Shown here: in pieces, positions 1 to 10,398 of the stretch
Layout: each line of letters starts with the position of its first letter
How positions within the stretch are numbered: the first letter of the stretch is position 1
From: Longimicrobiales bacterium
Lineage (GTDB): Bacteria > Gemmatimonadota > Gemmatimonadetes > Longimicrobiales > Gaopeijiaceae
NCBI GenBank assembly: GCA_965248195.1
Contig: CBDFIQ010000001.1
Span: forward strand, 544,001 to 608,000
DNA: 64,000 bases
Reading direction: 5' to 3'
Translations under genes and position numbers: made by a program
Notes under the pieces: model-generated
The model's input: the letters and a program-made list of their open reading frames with translations, nothing else
What the model was told of the DNA's origin: nothing
The model's database searches: none

Positions 1-287
1 AACTCGTCTACCGCCTCGGCCTGTTGGATCTCACCCTCGAAATCGGGGGCGTCTTCTCGCTGGTTCGTGCCGACGAGCTCCGGGCGCGCAAAGACGTTCT
101 CGGTCAGACCCTGCGGCTGGTACAGGACGTCCGCACCGGCAGCGCCCGCCTCGCCGGTCTGTCCCCCGAGCAGCTCATAGGACTCGTCGAGCCCGAGCGG
201 CTCCACGAGTACGTCGAAGAGCTCCTCGACACCGGAGAAGCGGAGATCGTCTCCAGGATGTACAAGAACGTCGGGGAGGAGAGGTGA
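1..287 (+). CDS. Partial (3' end) probable YhaO/SbcD-like metallophosphoesterase
   Basis: Frame is open from the window edge. Its stop overlaps the GTG of the YhaN-like ATPase (GTGA). Product inferred from context only. Confidence 0.5.
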   Translation, partial: LVYRLGLLDLTLEIGGVFSLVRADELRARKDVLGQTLRLVQDVRTGSARLAGLSPEQLIGLVEPERLHEYVEELLDTGEAEIVSRMYKNVGEER

Positions 288-2968
288 AGTTCGAGCGGGT
301 TCAGGCCCGGGCGTTCGGACGGCTCGAGGATTTCGACTCGGGATCCACTCCACTGGGCGCACTCAACGTGGTCGTAGGACCGAACGAGTCAGGAAAAACC
401 ACGTTTTTCCACCTTCTGCACTCGATCATCTTCGGCCTGTATCCCGCGTCCAAAGACCAGCATCCCTACACGCCCTGGAGTGGCCGCGACCTCGACTTGG
501 AAGCTGAGGTACGGCTCGACAGCGGGGAAGAATGGACCATCCAAAGGAAACTCGCCGGGTCTCCCACAGGGCGGCTGACGCGAAACGGGGGCGTCGAAAG
601 CCTCCGCAACCACACGCTGGCCTGCGCGAACCATGTGACGCGCGAGGTCTTCCGCCAAGTCTTCGCGTTGACGCTCACGGAAGTCGCCTCCCTCGAATCC
701 CACGCTTGGACCGAGATCCAGGACCGGCTCATCGGCGGCATGGGGGCCCGCGACCTCGTGCCCGCTCGCTCGGTCGCCGAGGCGCTGGAAACAGAGGCCC
801 AAGGTCTCTGGCGCACGAACCGCCGCGGAAAGCAAACAATCCGTGTGCTGCGGGAACGGATTCGCGTCGCCAGAGCGGCTCGTAGCGAGGCCCTCGAAGC
901 CGACCGTCTCCTGCGAGAGTCGATGCGGGAATTGGAACAGACCAAGGAGACGCTCAGGGCCGCGCGTTTCGAGAGAGAGCAAAAACGCCTCCTGATCGAA
1001 CGGATCACGCAGCTGCTTCCCATCCAAGAGCGGATGGATCAGGCCGCGAGGCTCGAAGCGGAGGCCGGACCCCCTGGTGGACTCCACGGCCTCCCCACCG
1101 ATCCTTCAGCAGAGCGCGAACGGCTGGTGGCTGAGGTCGCCACATTGGAAGAGCGCCTCGAGAAAACCCAGGCCGACGCCGAGGAGCCTCAGGCGCGGGT
1201 AGAGGGGTTCTCGTCCGACCACCGGGCGATCCTGAAGGCGCGCAGGAGAATCGAGGAGATCAACGGCGCCACGGCAGCGGCTGGACCGGTGAGCGCACGC
1301 CTCAGCACCCTCGATCAGGAGGTCCGGGATCGGCAAGGCCGAATCACGTCGGACGCCCCCAAGATCTTCGAGCAGACGCTTACCTCTGAGGAAGAATCCA
1401 CCTTACGGAGACTCGAGGTGCGCGATCTCCACGATCGGGTTCGGGACGCATCAGGCGCACGGGACCGGGTGCGGGAGCATGCCATTCGTGGAACGCTGGG
1501 AGGGGCGCTCCCGGAGGCCTCCGCCCGTACCCTCGCCGCCGGCCTCGCCGCGGGGGTGGTGGCGGCCCTGCTGCTGCTTCGGCCCGCGGGTGCCCCCTGG
1601 GAAAGAGGGCTCGGCGTTTTCCTGATGGTGGCCGCAAGTATGGCGTGCGCCCGGTGGTGGACGCTCCGCCAAGCTCGACGCCAAGGCGCCCCCAGAGAGG
1701 GTGCCGGATCCGCTGCCGGTGCCAGGCTTGAGCGGGAGTCCGAAAAGGCGGCTGCCGCTCTTCGCGACTTCCTCTCGGGCCTGCCCGTTCGTTCGGAGAT
1801 TCTCGCTGAGGCGGGACCGGAGTTCGTAGCGACCTTCACGCGGCTTCAGGATTTATTGGAGGAACTGGATACACGGGCGAGAGAGACGGACGAAGCGAGG
1901 GCGACCCTCGAGAGTATGGATGACCGGCTTAGCGAACTCACCCAGCATCTTGGAATCGAGCTCCCTCATGCCAGGGAAGCCGCGATCCATGTTCTCCAGA
2001 CCCGGCTACTGGAAGCGGAGCGAGCCAAGGAGGCATCGGGAGGGGCCCGCGCCGAGCTCGATCGCGTGAACCGCCACCTGGCCGATCTCAAGGCGGAGTT
2101 GGCCAGTCGGACGCAGGCCCTTCAGTCGTTGGACCAGGTACTCCGCTCGCTGGGCGGTGAGGACATCGCGGCCGGCGCCGAGGCCGCCGTGCGCATGCGG
2201 CGGGCAGGTGAGAAGGCGACGGAGCTCCGGGCCGATCTCGAGCAGTCCCACCCGAACCTGGACGCCCTGCTGGATCGCCTGGCAGAGCTAGAAGATGTCG
2301 ATGGGGGCCAGCCAGGGGACGACACGCTGGCCGAGGCCAGGATCGCCGTCGAGGAATTGTCGGACCGGATCGAGACGCTGGCTGGGCAGGTCCAAGCCCT
2401 CCAAAACGTATATGAGAGGGCGGCCGAGCGGACGGCGGCGGATCAGATCGATGGCGAGATCGACGCCCTCGAGAATGAGGTGCGGCGCTTGGAGCTCGAG
2501 CACGACCGCAAAATCGTCCTCGCCCATGCCATTCGGCAGGCGGATAGTCGCTTCCGGGAGGACCACCAACCCGACGTCGTTCGTAGAGCCTCCGGCTACC
2601 TCGCTACCATTACCGATCACCGGTACGACCGAATCATGGTCGGTGATTCCGGTGAGTTCTACGTCCGACGGTCGTGCGATGGTGGTAACCTAGCTACGGT
2701 GGCGGCGGGGAGCCTCTCCACCGGAGCAACCCAACAACTCTATCTGGCCATGCGCCTGGCAATCATGAGTCACCTCGACCACGATCGCGAGCGCCTCCCG
2801 GTGTTCATCGATGAGGCCCTCGTGAATTGGGACGCAGCGCGACGGGTGCGGGGCTTTCAACTCCTTCGCGAGCTTTCGCAGACGAGGCAGGTTTTTGTAA
2901 TGACCTGTCACGAGCGCTGGGCCGAGGAGTTGATCGACGCGGGCGCGAACCGGGTGGACCTCACGTGA
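284..2968 (+). CDS. YhaN/AAA_27 family SMC-Rad50-like ATPase
   Basis: Walker A GPNESGKTT, long coiled coils with two central hydrophobic segments, signature LSTGATQQLYLAMRL, Walker B VFIDEALVNWD, H-loop MTCH. Confidence 0.9.
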   Translation: MKFERVQARAFGRLEDFDSGSTPLGALNVVVGPNESGKTTFFHLLHSIIFGLYPASKDQHPYTPWSGRDLDLEAEVRLDSGEEWTIQRKLAGSPTGRLTRNGGVESLRNHTLACANHVTREVFRQVFALTLTEVASLESHAWTEIQDRLIGGMGARDLVPARSVAEALETEAQGLWRTNRRGKQTIRVLRERIRVARAARSEALEADRLLRESMRELEQTKETLRAARFEREQKRLLIERITQLLPIQERMDQAARLEAEAGPPGGLHGLPTDPSAERERLVAEVATLEERLEKTQADAEEPQARVEGFSSDHRAILKARRRIEEINGATAAAGPVSARLSTLDQEVRDRQGRITSDAPKIFEQTLTSEEESTLRRLEVRDLHDRVRDASGARDRVREHAIRGTLGGALPEASARTLAAGLAAGVVAALLLLRPAGAPWERGLGVFLMVAASMACARWWTLRQARRQGAPREGAGSAAGARLERESEKAAAALRDFLSGLPVRSEILAEAGPEFVATFTRLQDLLEELDTRARETDEARATLESMDDRLSELTQHLGIELPHAREAAIHVLQTRLLEAERAKEASGGARAELDRVNRHLADLKAELASRTQALQSLDQVLRSLGGEDIAAGAEAAVRMRRAGEKATELRADLEQSHPNLDALLDRLAELEDVDGGQPGDDTLAEARIAVEELSDRIETLAGQVQALQNVYERAAERTAADQIDGEIDALENEVRRLELEHDRKIVLAHAIRQADSRFREDHQPDVVRRASGYLATITDHRYDRIMVGDSGEFYVRRSCDGGNLATVAAGSLSTGATQQLYLAMRLAIMSHLDHDRERLPVFIDEALVNWDAARRVRGFQLLRELSQTRQVFVMTCHERWAEELIDAGANRVDLT

Positions 2969-3852
2969 CTTCAGCGTCCGAGTCCAGCCGGTACGCCCTT
3001 CCGCTGCACGTCGAGGAATACGGAGACGGGCCCCGGCAAATCATGATGCTGCATGGCTTCGGAGCGAACTCATACACGTGGCGGGGTTGGATCGGGGCAC
3101 TCGCGAAGAACCACAGGGTGTGGTCGGTGGAACTGAAGGGCCACGGTTCGGCGCCGGCACCACCCGACGACCTTTACTCGCTCTACGATCATGCCGACCT
3201 CGTGCACCGTCTGATCCTGCAAAAGGACCTCCGTCAACTCACCCTCGTCGGTCATTCCATGGGTGGGGGCATCGCGCTCCTGGTCGCGCTCCGACTCCTG
3301 GACGAGGGGCGCATGGAACGGCTGGTTCTCGTGTCCAGCGCGGCCTACCCGCAGCGCCTTCCCCCATTTATCGCCTTGGCCACGCGAGGGCGCCTGTCAG
3401 AGTGGGGGTTTCGCTTCTTCCCGAAGCGCCTCTTGATCCGTCGGGTCCTGCGCTCCATCGTCTTCGACCCGCAGGGTGTGACGGACGCTCAAGTCACGGC
3501 CTATGCAGAGCCGCTTTACAGTCCAGCCCACCGCACAGCCTTGATAAAGACCGCAGGGCGGATCATACCTCCGGATCTCGCGGAGTTGACGAAGCGCATT
3601 CCCGAGATCGCACTGCCCACGTTGCTCCTGTGGGGAAGGCACGACTGGGTCGTCCCTCTGGAGGTGGCCGAGCGACTCCTCGCGGCCCTTCCGAGGGCGC
3701 GACTCGAAGTTCTCGAACACTGTGGGCACGTTCCCTCGGAGGAATCGCCGAAGGAATCGCTCGAGATCGTCCTGAAGTTTCTCAGGGGTGAGGGGGAGAA
3801 TCCTTCGCCACGAACCCTGGACACGTCAGGACCGGCAGGGGGGGATATTTAG
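2965..3852 (+). CDS. Alpha/beta fold hydrolase
   Basis: LHGFG oxyanion motif, GHSMGG nucleophile elbow, WGRHD acid, CGH His. GTG start overlaps the upstream stop. Confidence 0.9.
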   Translation: MTSASESSRYALPLHVEEYGDGPRQIMMLHGFGANSYTWRGWIGALAKNHRVWSVELKGHGSAPAPPDDLYSLYDHADLVHRLILQKDLRQLTLVGHSMGGGIALLVALRLLDEGRMERLVLVSSAAYPQRLPPFIALATRGRLSEWGFRFFPKRLLIRRVLRSIVFDPQGVTDAQVTAYAEPLYSPAHRTALIKTAGRIIPPDLAELTKRIPEIALPTLLLWGRHDWVVPLEVAERLLAALPRARLEVLEHCGHVPSEESPKESLEIVLKFLRGEGENPSPRTLDTSGPAGGDI

Positions 3853-3988
3853 GGAAGCGGGGGTCCTCCGCCGAGCGCTCACACCGGTAGAAGACCGATC
3901 CTCGCCGGTTTTCGACGAGTCGCACGAATGAGCACGTGCTGCAAAGCCCCACCTCACGGCGGACCCCGCGCGTTTCCTCCGCGCTCAC
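3782..3988 (-). CDS. Small four-cysteine (putative Zn-binding) hypothetical protein
   Basis: GLCSTC...FYRC...KYPPLPVLTCPGF. GTG start overlaps the pgeF stop (GTGA). Confidence 0.7.
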   Translation of the reverse strand: MSAEETRGVRREVGLCSTCSFVRLVENRRGSVFYRCERSAEDPRFPKYPPLPVLTCPGFVAKDSPPHP

Positions 3989-4797
3989 GGTCGAATACCC
4001 AGCACCGCCACCTGCCGTTCGGACCGTCCGGCACGATGAGAGAACAGGTTTCTATCCCCACAGAGCGTACAGAGGCTGGAGACGGTAATGCTCTCGGGCG
4101 GCACGCCGGCGGCCCTTGCTTGCTGAGCCAATGCCCCCCGTAGGTCCACCGGGGCCGCATGCGGTGGCACCTCCAGCCCGAGTGCCCTGAACACCTCAGG
4201 GCCCACCTCATAACATGCCCCGCAGATGGCCGGTCCAAGATGCAGGAGAAGGCGTCCAGGATCACTCCCCCACCGTTGGCCGAAGAGAGTGATCCCGCGG
4301 AGAAGGATTCCCGCCGCGGTTCCCCTCCATCCGGCGTGCAGAACGGCCACTGCTGGCGCATCCGCATCCACAAGATAAACCGGCACACAGTCCGCGACGG
4401 TGACCGCCAGGAGAACACCCGAGTCGGCGGTGGCGTGGCCGTCCGCCCCTCCCTCCGTCTCTCGGACGCCCTTACCGATCCGGTCATGAATGACAATCCG
4501 GGTTTCGTGGAGCTGGTGGGCATACACGATGGTCTCGAATTCGGAAGCCTGGAGCAGATCGTTCCACCGTGCGGGGGCCCGCTCCGACGCCGGACCGCCA
4601 AACAGCCGGAGATCGAATGGGTCGGGGCCAGATCCGGCGTGGGTGATCCCGGCGAACAGCCAGGGAAACCGATGGGCCCAATCCGTAACCACGTAAAGCG
4701 GAACGCCGTGCTCAGCGGTCTCTTCAGTCATGCGAACCAGACCATCGTGGATCGAAACGGTGGCAGGCAACCAAGCGTTCAGCGGCGAGGCAACCAC
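3985..4797 (-). CDS. pgeF: PgeF/YfiH family (peptidoglycan editing factor / purine nucleoside phosphorylase-like)
   Basis: HQLH, ADGH, VADCVP, LHAGWRG, GPAICGACYEVG, CTLC...FSHR motifs. True start may be slightly downstream (MTEET). Confidence 0.9.
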   Translation of the reverse strand: MVASPLNAWLPATVSIHDGLVRMTEETAEHGVPLYVVTDWAHRFPWLFAGITHAGSGPDPFDLRLFGGPASERAPARWNDLLQASEFETIVYAHQLHETRIVIHDRIGKGVRETEGGADGHATADSGVLLAVTVADCVPVYLVDADAPAVAVLHAGWRGTAAGILLRGITLFGQRWGSDPGRLLLHLGPAICGACYEVGPEVFRALGLEVPPHAAPVDLRGALAQQARAAGVPPESITVSSLCTLCGDRNLFSHRAGRSERQVAVLGIRP

Positions 4798-4836
4798 GCG
4801 ATCAATTGTAACGGGACGCCCACCGGTCGGAAGCGG

Positions 4837-7293
4837 TTATCGCACACCCTCGACACGAAAACCGACCACGAGCGTACGGGGCAGCCCCGGGCGTAGGCCT
4901 GCCGGACGTCGAGCCACGCTGTGAATCTGGTTCGTGAAGTTCTGCAGGCCGGCGAAGAGCGTCCCACGCTCGTTCACCTGGACCTCGCCGGAGGCGTTGA
5001 AGACTACGAAGGAATCCGTCCCTTGCCCCCTCGGAATGGGACCAGACCCCGCCTCTGTCCGCATGACTCCCGAAGCGTTCATGGAGATCGAGATGCTCCA
5101 AGCCGACTTATCATAGCCGATGCTCCCGCTCACTTGGTGCTCGGGTAAATAGGGCAGCCGATCTCCAGCCTCGACGGTGCCCCACGCCTCGTAATCAGAG
5201 GCGAACCCAGAGTGAAACTCCGCGCGAGTAAAGGTATAGGCCAACCGGAAGGGCACCCGCGTCACACCGCGAGCCGCCCAGGCGAGATCGTAGTCCAGCG
5301 ACGCCTCGAGCCCAGCGACCCGTGCGTCGCCACCGTTGAATGCTTGCCCACTTCCATCCCCAGTGGTGGCTAGAGTGGCCTGACCGAGAATGTTTCCATA
5401 CGAAGTCACGAATCCAGTTGCCTCCGCCGCCAGACCGGAACGCCGCCACCGGGCTCCCAGTTCATAGTTCACGCTGCTCTCGGAGCGGGTGGCCTCATCG
5501 GCGCCGGGACCCGGAGGGCCGAAGCCACGGTGAACTCCACCGAAGAGGCTCAGGACACGCCACCGGTAGGAGAATCCCACCCCGGGAATCAAGGCGCTGA
5601 TCCGGTTCACTCTGGTGCGCGAGGGCGACCTTCGGGCCGCGTCGCCGCCGGCGTAGTCGACGCGCTTGAATTCGATGCTCTCGAGCCTAACGCCCGGTGA
5701 GATTACCCACGGTCCAAGCGAGATCTCGTCTTGCACAAACGCGGCCACTGCGGTTGCGGAGCTGACCCGATTGGACTGTGTCCCCGGCTCTCCCGAACTG
5801 GTGAGACGCAGCGAGCCATCGAGCATCTGGAAACCGTCCTCCCACTGAAAACGATCCTCTTCATCCTGATGGAACCGGGCACCCAGTTCCACCTCGTGCT
5901 GGCCCAGGGTGAGGCCCAGAGAGGACTGTACGCCTTGTCCGAAATACTCGCGGTTGTTCGCGCGAACGCTCAACGCATCGGGATCGCTGCCTCCTCCCTT
6001 CAAGATGCCGAGGGCCGATGCGTGGTCCTCCGGCGTTCCGAGCACGCGGCTGATGCCCGTGCCCAACACGCTTTGGAGCTTGTACCAATTACGCGCGAAG
6101 TCATTCCGGTAGGCGGTCGTCGTGACGTCCGCGTTGCCCCCCGCCCAGAAGTGCCGCATCTGGATTTGTGAGTGATCGGCCTCCATGAGATCCGCACCCG
6201 AGGCCGGGTATCGAGCGAAGGGGTTACGTCCGAAGTCCTCATCGGTCAAACCCAGATAGGTCTCATCGGACGCCTCAGCAGTGTACCCCAGCTTGAGCTC
6301 CAGCTCCTGATAAGAGTCGCCGAGACGATCCGAGTTGACGCGCACTTTGGCCATGTAATCGTCCACGTCGAAGCCTGTGCTAGCGCCATTCGGCAACTCC
6401 TTGAAGCCATCGGTTCCCATGGAATACGCCTCCACCAACCAACCGAACCGTGCTCCCGATGCTCCCGCTCGAGCGTGGCCCTGGAGACTGCCATACTCGC
6501 CTCCCGAGCCCTCGACGAACCAGGTCAGACGGTCGGGTATGGTCGCGGACACCAAATTGAGAGCCCCACCGATGGTGCGTGGCCCGTACCGCACCTGGCT
6601 CGACCCCTTCCGAACCTCCAAAGCCTCCATCCTTCCCGCGACCGGGAAGTAGTAGGCCGACGGAGCCGCGTAGGGAGCGGGCGCGATCAACACGCCGTCT
6701 TCCATCAAGGTGATCTTCGAACTGCGCTCGGCGCCCGTCCCTCTCAATCCGATGTTTGGGCGTAAGCCGAACCCATCCTCCTCCTGGATGTTCACCCCGG
6801 GCACCTGCCGCAGAAAGTCGTGAACATTGTCGAACACGAATGCCGGGGATTCGAGATCCTCCGCCATCAACACATGGACCGAACCCGGAATCTCATTCGC
6901 CCCGAGCGGGTCGCCGAGCATGCGAGTGCGCTTCAAGAGCACCCGAATGGGGTCCATCCGGAGCGGTCCGGTTCCCATCTGCGCATCCACGACCACGGCT
7001 GCGTCATCAGCAAGCGTGACGGTTTTTGTGAGTGTCGTATATCCCATGCGCACGAACCACAATGAGATCGTCCCGGACGAAATCCCGCTGAGCGTATAAC
7101 GTCCTGCTTCATCAGTGAGCACGCCTATGGGGGCCCCCACGACCTCCACCGTGGCACCCGGGAGAGCGGAGCCGTCATCCTGCGTGCGCACCACGCCTTC
7201 GACCGAGGCGGAACCGTTTTGGGCGAGCATTGGGGAGGCCAGGAAAAGCGCGACGCTGAACGCAGCGAAAGGTAGGGCTCGACTCATATGCAT
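4837..7293 (-). CDS. TonB-dependent receptor, FecA-like, with N-terminal carboxypeptidase-regulatory-like domain
   Basis: Signal peptide, plug motif VPGVNIQEEDGFGLRPNIGLRG...RSSKITLMEDGV, beta-barrel C-terminus. Confidence 0.9.
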   Translation of the reverse strand: MHMSRALPFAAFSVALFLASPMLAQNGSASVEGVVRTQDDGSALPGATVEVVGAPIGVLTDEAGRYTLSGISSGTISLWFVRMGYTTLTKTVTLADDAAVVVDAQMGTGPLRMDPIRVLLKRTRMLGDPLGANEIPGSVHVLMAEDLESPAFVFDNVHDFLRQVPGVNIQEEDGFGLRPNIGLRGTGAERSSKITLMEDGVLIAPAPYAAPSAYYFPVAGRMEALEVRKGSSQVRYGPRTIGGALNLVSATIPDRLTWFVEGSGGEYGSLQGHARAGASGARFGWLVEAYSMGTDGFKELPNGASTGFDVDDYMAKVRVNSDRLGDSYQELELKLGYTAEASDETYLGLTDEDFGRNPFARYPASGADLMEADHSQIQMRHFWAGGNADVTTTAYRNDFARNWYKLQSVLGTGISRVLGTPEDHASALGILKGGGSDPDALSVRANNREYFGQGVQSSLGLTLGQHEVELGARFHQDEEDRFQWEDGFQMLDGSLRLTSSGEPGTQSNRVSSATAVAAFVQDEISLGPWVISPGVRLESIEFKRVDYAGGDAARRSPSRTRVNRISALIPGVGFSYRWRVLSLFGGVHRGFGPPGPGADEATRSESSVNYELGARWRRSGLAAEATGFVTSYGNILGQATLATTGDGSGQAFNGGDARVAGLEASLDYDLAWAARGVTRVPFRLAYTFTRAEFHSGFASDYEAWGTVEAGDRLPYLPEHQVSGSIGYDKSAWSISISMNASGVMRTEAGSGPIPRGQGTDSFVVFNASGEVQVNERGTLFAGLQNFTNQIHSVARRPAGLRPGLPRTLVVGFRVEGVR

Positions 7294-7347
7294 CGAAACA
7301 CAGCTATCTATCCCTTCAAAGTGACGCGGTCCCCCCGGGGCCCGAGA

Positions 7348-7362
7348 TGAGAACGAGTCTCA
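7348..7362. promoter_or_regulatory. Candidate Fur box
   Basis: TGAGAAC-G-AGTCTCA 7-1-7 palindrome about 55 bp upstream of the FecA-like receptor. Confidence 0.55.
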
Positions 7363-7521
7363 ACCGCATCGCATAGACTACCTCGTTCAGCGAGACGACG
7401 CAAGCGGCCCCTGGGGGCGATGGGGCTCCCCACCGGCGAGAATGTGACTAGCTTAGAAATGGCGCCGACGGCGGCTTCTTCAACAGCCTTCTAGGAAAGC
7501 TCCACGCGAGCAACGAAACCG

Positions 7522-10386
7522 ATGGACGAAAAGCCGTTCGACCGCCAGAACGCCGCCTACGCCCAGGCCCTGTATGAAGAGTTCGCGCGAAACCCGGAGG
7601 GCGTACCGGCTCAGTGGCGGGATTTCTTTGCCTTAGGCCCACAGGCCACGGCCGAGGCCGGTCTGATCGTCCCCGAAGGCCTGGCCGAGAACGGTGGCGG
7701 CAACACCGACTCGAAGGCAGGCACGGCATCGCCGATGGTCGCCGCCGACTTGAGCGCCGCACCGCGAGAGGCGCACACGATACCCCACCTCCTCCGTGCC
7801 GTCGCCCACGCGACGTCGTTCATTCAGGCCTACCGTGACCACGGGCATCAGCTTTCCACCGTCGATCCCTTGGGCTCCGAGCCGCCCGGGCACCCACAGC
7901 TCGATCCCTCCTTCTTCGGCACGAGCTTGGAGGAGCTCAAGGAACTCCCCGCCTCGCTGGTGTTCGAGAACGCGCGCGACGAGTCCCTGGCTGACGTACT
8001 CGAGCGACTCCAGCAGGCCTACTGTGGGACGATCGGATACGAGTTCGAACACCTCGAGGACCCCGGCGTGGTCCGGTGGCTCTGGGATCAGGTTGAATCC
8101 GGCACGCACACGCGCCCTCTCGAGCCCGGAGACCGGGTGCGCCTTCTCCAGCGGCTTACCGAGGTCGAGAGCCTGGAGCAGTTTCTCCACAATGCGTACC
8201 TCGGCCAGAAGCGCTTCTCCATCGAGGGGTCCGACATCATGATTCCCATGTTGGATCTCGCGCTCCAAGAGTCGGCCGAAGTCGGCGCCAAACGGGTTGT
8301 GCTGGGGATGGCCCACCGCGGCCGCCTCAACGTCTTGGCCCACATCGTGGGGCTCGGATACGAGGAGATCACCCGCGAGTTCGAGGGGATCGAGGCAAAA
8401 GGGGCCTTCACGGTCGAGGGCACCGGAGACGTCAAGTACCACCAAGGCGCCCGGGGCGAGCAGAGTCTCCCCAACGGATCCACGATTCACATCACCCTCG
8501 CTCCCAATCCCAGCCACCTCGAGTTCGTGAACCCGGTCGTGGGGGGCATGACGAGGGCGCTCCAGAACACCGGATACGACCAAGACGCGAAGCGGGATGC
8601 CGCAGCGGTGGTCCCGATTCTCATCCACGGAGATGCAGCGTTCGCTGGAGAGGGCGTGGTCGCGGAAACCCTCAATCTCGGCAGGCTGGACGGGTACACG
8701 ACGGGCGGCACGGTCCACATCATCCTCGACAATCAGATCGGATTTACCACGCTGCCTGTGCACGGCCGGTCGACACGGTACGCCAGCGACCTCGCCAAGG
8801 GGTTCAGCTTTCCGATCATCCATGTCAACGCAGACGACCCTGAGGCGTGTCTCGCGGCTGTGCGACTGGCCATGGCGTACCGAGCGGAATATCACCACGA
8901 CGTCGTCATCGATCTCGTCGGATACCGGAGGTACGGCCATAACGAGGGCGACGAGCCGGGTTACACCCAGCCGCTGACGACCGAGGCCATAAAAAGGCAC
9001 CCGACCGTCAGAGCGATGTACGGAGATCTGCTCGTGGACCAGGGTACCCTGACAGCCAAGGATGTGGAGGCGATGCAGGAACGCTTGGCTGTATACCTCC
9101 GCGACGCGCGCAAGCGAGTCCAGAGCCAGGGCCAGGGCCAGGGCCAGTCTCACACGGAGCTCGGCCACGGTCTCGTTCTGGAGACGGACGGAGTCGTTGC
9201 ACCGGACGTGTCGTTGGAGGTACTCGCCGACATCAACCTGGCCGCGCTCGCGACCCCCCCGGATTTCACCATTCACGCGAAGCTCAAGCGCGTGCTCGCG
9301 CGACGCGAGGACTTCGGGCCTGGACTAGCCGTGGACTGGGGCCATGCCGAGGCACTGGCTTTCGGGTCGCTTCTCCGCGAAGGGATCCCCATTCGCCTCA
9401 CTGGTCAGGACACACAACGGGGAACGTTCAGCCACCGACATCTTGTTTTCCACGACGCCAAGACAGGACGGGAGCACAGGCCACTCGCCGAATTCGGGAG
9501 CGCCCGTTTCGAGGTTCACAACTCACCACTGTCCGAGATGGCGGTGCTGGGGTTCGAGTACGGTTTCAGCGTCGCGTCGCAGCGAGCCTTGGTGTTGTGG
9601 GAGGCCCAGTTCGGAGATTTCGCCAACGCCGCACAGGTCAGTGTGGACCAGTTCGTCGCCTCGGGCTGGGAAAAGTGGGGACAGCTTGCGAGCCTTGTGA
9701 TGCTCCTGCCACACGGATACGAAGGTCAGGGGCCCGAACACTCGAGCGCCCGCCTCGAGCGATTTCTCCAACTCTGCGCCGAAGACAACATGCGGGTCGT
9801 ATCCCCGAGCACACCGGCGCAGTATTACCACCTACTCCGGCGGCAGGCCCACCTCCGGCCGCAACGGCCGCTCGTGGTAATGTCGCCAAAGAGCCTACTC
9901 AGGCATCCGAAAGCTACTTCCCCCGTATCAAATCTGGTCAGCGGCAAATTCCATCCCGTGCTCGACGACCCGGCCTGCCTGGGCGCCGAGGGCCTCGACC
10001 GGTTGGCAGTGACCCGCCTGGTTCTCTGCTCCGGCAAACTCTTTTATGACCTGGCCGAAAGCGAGCTGCGGGAGGGCGCTCGAAATGTAGCCATCGCCCG
10101 GCTAGAGGAGCTCTACCCGTTCCCCGCAAACGAGACACGGCAACTCGTCGCTCGGTACCCCAATCTCGATGAGGTCGTCTGGGTCCAGGAGGAGCCCAGG
10201 AACATGGGCGCGCTCGCCTTCGTGGGTCCTCGCCTGAGAACCGTCGTCCCCCGGGACGTGAAGCTCGACCACGTGACGCGGCCGGAGCGCGCGAGCCCTG
10301 CTGAGGGGAAACATATCGACCACGTCGTCGAACAAGCCCGGGTCATTCGGGAGGCGCTCGGGGAACCCGCCCCGCAGGAGCCGTGA
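7522..10386 (+). CDS. sucA: 2-oxoglutarate dehydrogenase E1 component
   Basis: GQKRFSIEG, GMAHRGRLNVL, NPSHLE, HGDAAFAGEG (ThDP motif), WEAQFGDF, LLPHGYEGQGPEHSSARLERFL. Confidence 0.97.
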   Translation: MDEKPFDRQNAAYAQALYEEFARNPEGVPAQWRDFFALGPQATAEAGLIVPEGLAENGGGNTDSKAGTASPMVAADLSAAPREAHTIPHLLRAVAHATSFIQAYRDHGHQLSTVDPLGSEPPGHPQLDPSFFGTSLEELKELPASLVFENARDESLADVLERLQQAYCGTIGYEFEHLEDPGVVRWLWDQVESGTHTRPLEPGDRVRLLQRLTEVESLEQFLHNAYLGQKRFSIEGSDIMIPMLDLALQESAEVGAKRVVLGMAHRGRLNVLAHIVGLGYEEITREFEGIEAKGAFTVEGTGDVKYHQGARGEQSLPNGSTIHITLAPNPSHLEFVNPVVGGMTRALQNTGYDQDAKRDAAAVVPILIHGDAAFAGEGVVAETLNLGRLDGYTTGGTVHIILDNQIGFTTLPVHGRSTRYASDLAKGFSFPIIHVNADDPEACLAAVRLAMAYRAEYHHDVVIDLVGYRRYGHNEGDEPGYTQPLTTEAIKRHPTVRAMYGDLLVDQGTLTAKDVEAMQERLAVYLRDARKRVQSQGQGQGQSHTELGHGLVLETDGVVAPDVSLEVLADINLAALATPPDFTIHAKLKRVLARREDFGPGLAVDWGHAEALAFGSLLREGIPIRLTGQDTQRGTFSHRHLVFHDAKTGREHRPLAEFGSARFEVHNSPLSEMAVLGFEYGFSVASQRALVLWEAQFGDFANAAQVSVDQFVASGWEKWGQLASLVMLLPHGYEGQGPEHSSARLERFLQLCAEDNMRVVSPSTPAQYYHLLRRQAHLRPQRPLVVMSPKSLLRHPKATSPVSNLVSGKFHPVLDDPACLGAEGLDRLAVTRLVLCSGKLFYDLAESELREGARNVAIARLEELYPFPANETRQLVARYPNLDEVVWVQEEPRNMGALAFVGPRLRTVVPRDVKLDHVTRPERASPAEGKHIDHVVEQARVIREALGEPAPQEP

Positions 10387-10398
10387 AGCTCGTCAAGC

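Noticed and set aside
1..3852. SMC-like ATPase + hydrolase as an anti-phage system (Lamassu/Wadjet type)
   Set aside because: Architecture fits the ordinary YhaO/YhaN pair; no defence-island context.
9121..9147. CAGGGC hexamer run in sucA as a phase-variation tract
   Set aside because: In-frame QG linker expansion that cannot shift the frame.
7633..9276. Long antisense ORFs (also 16905-18302, 24492-25238, 31803-33461, 35871-37544, 55849-57282)
   Set aside because: They lie opposite well-supported genes, carry no recognisable motifs, and are expected shadows in high-GC DNA.
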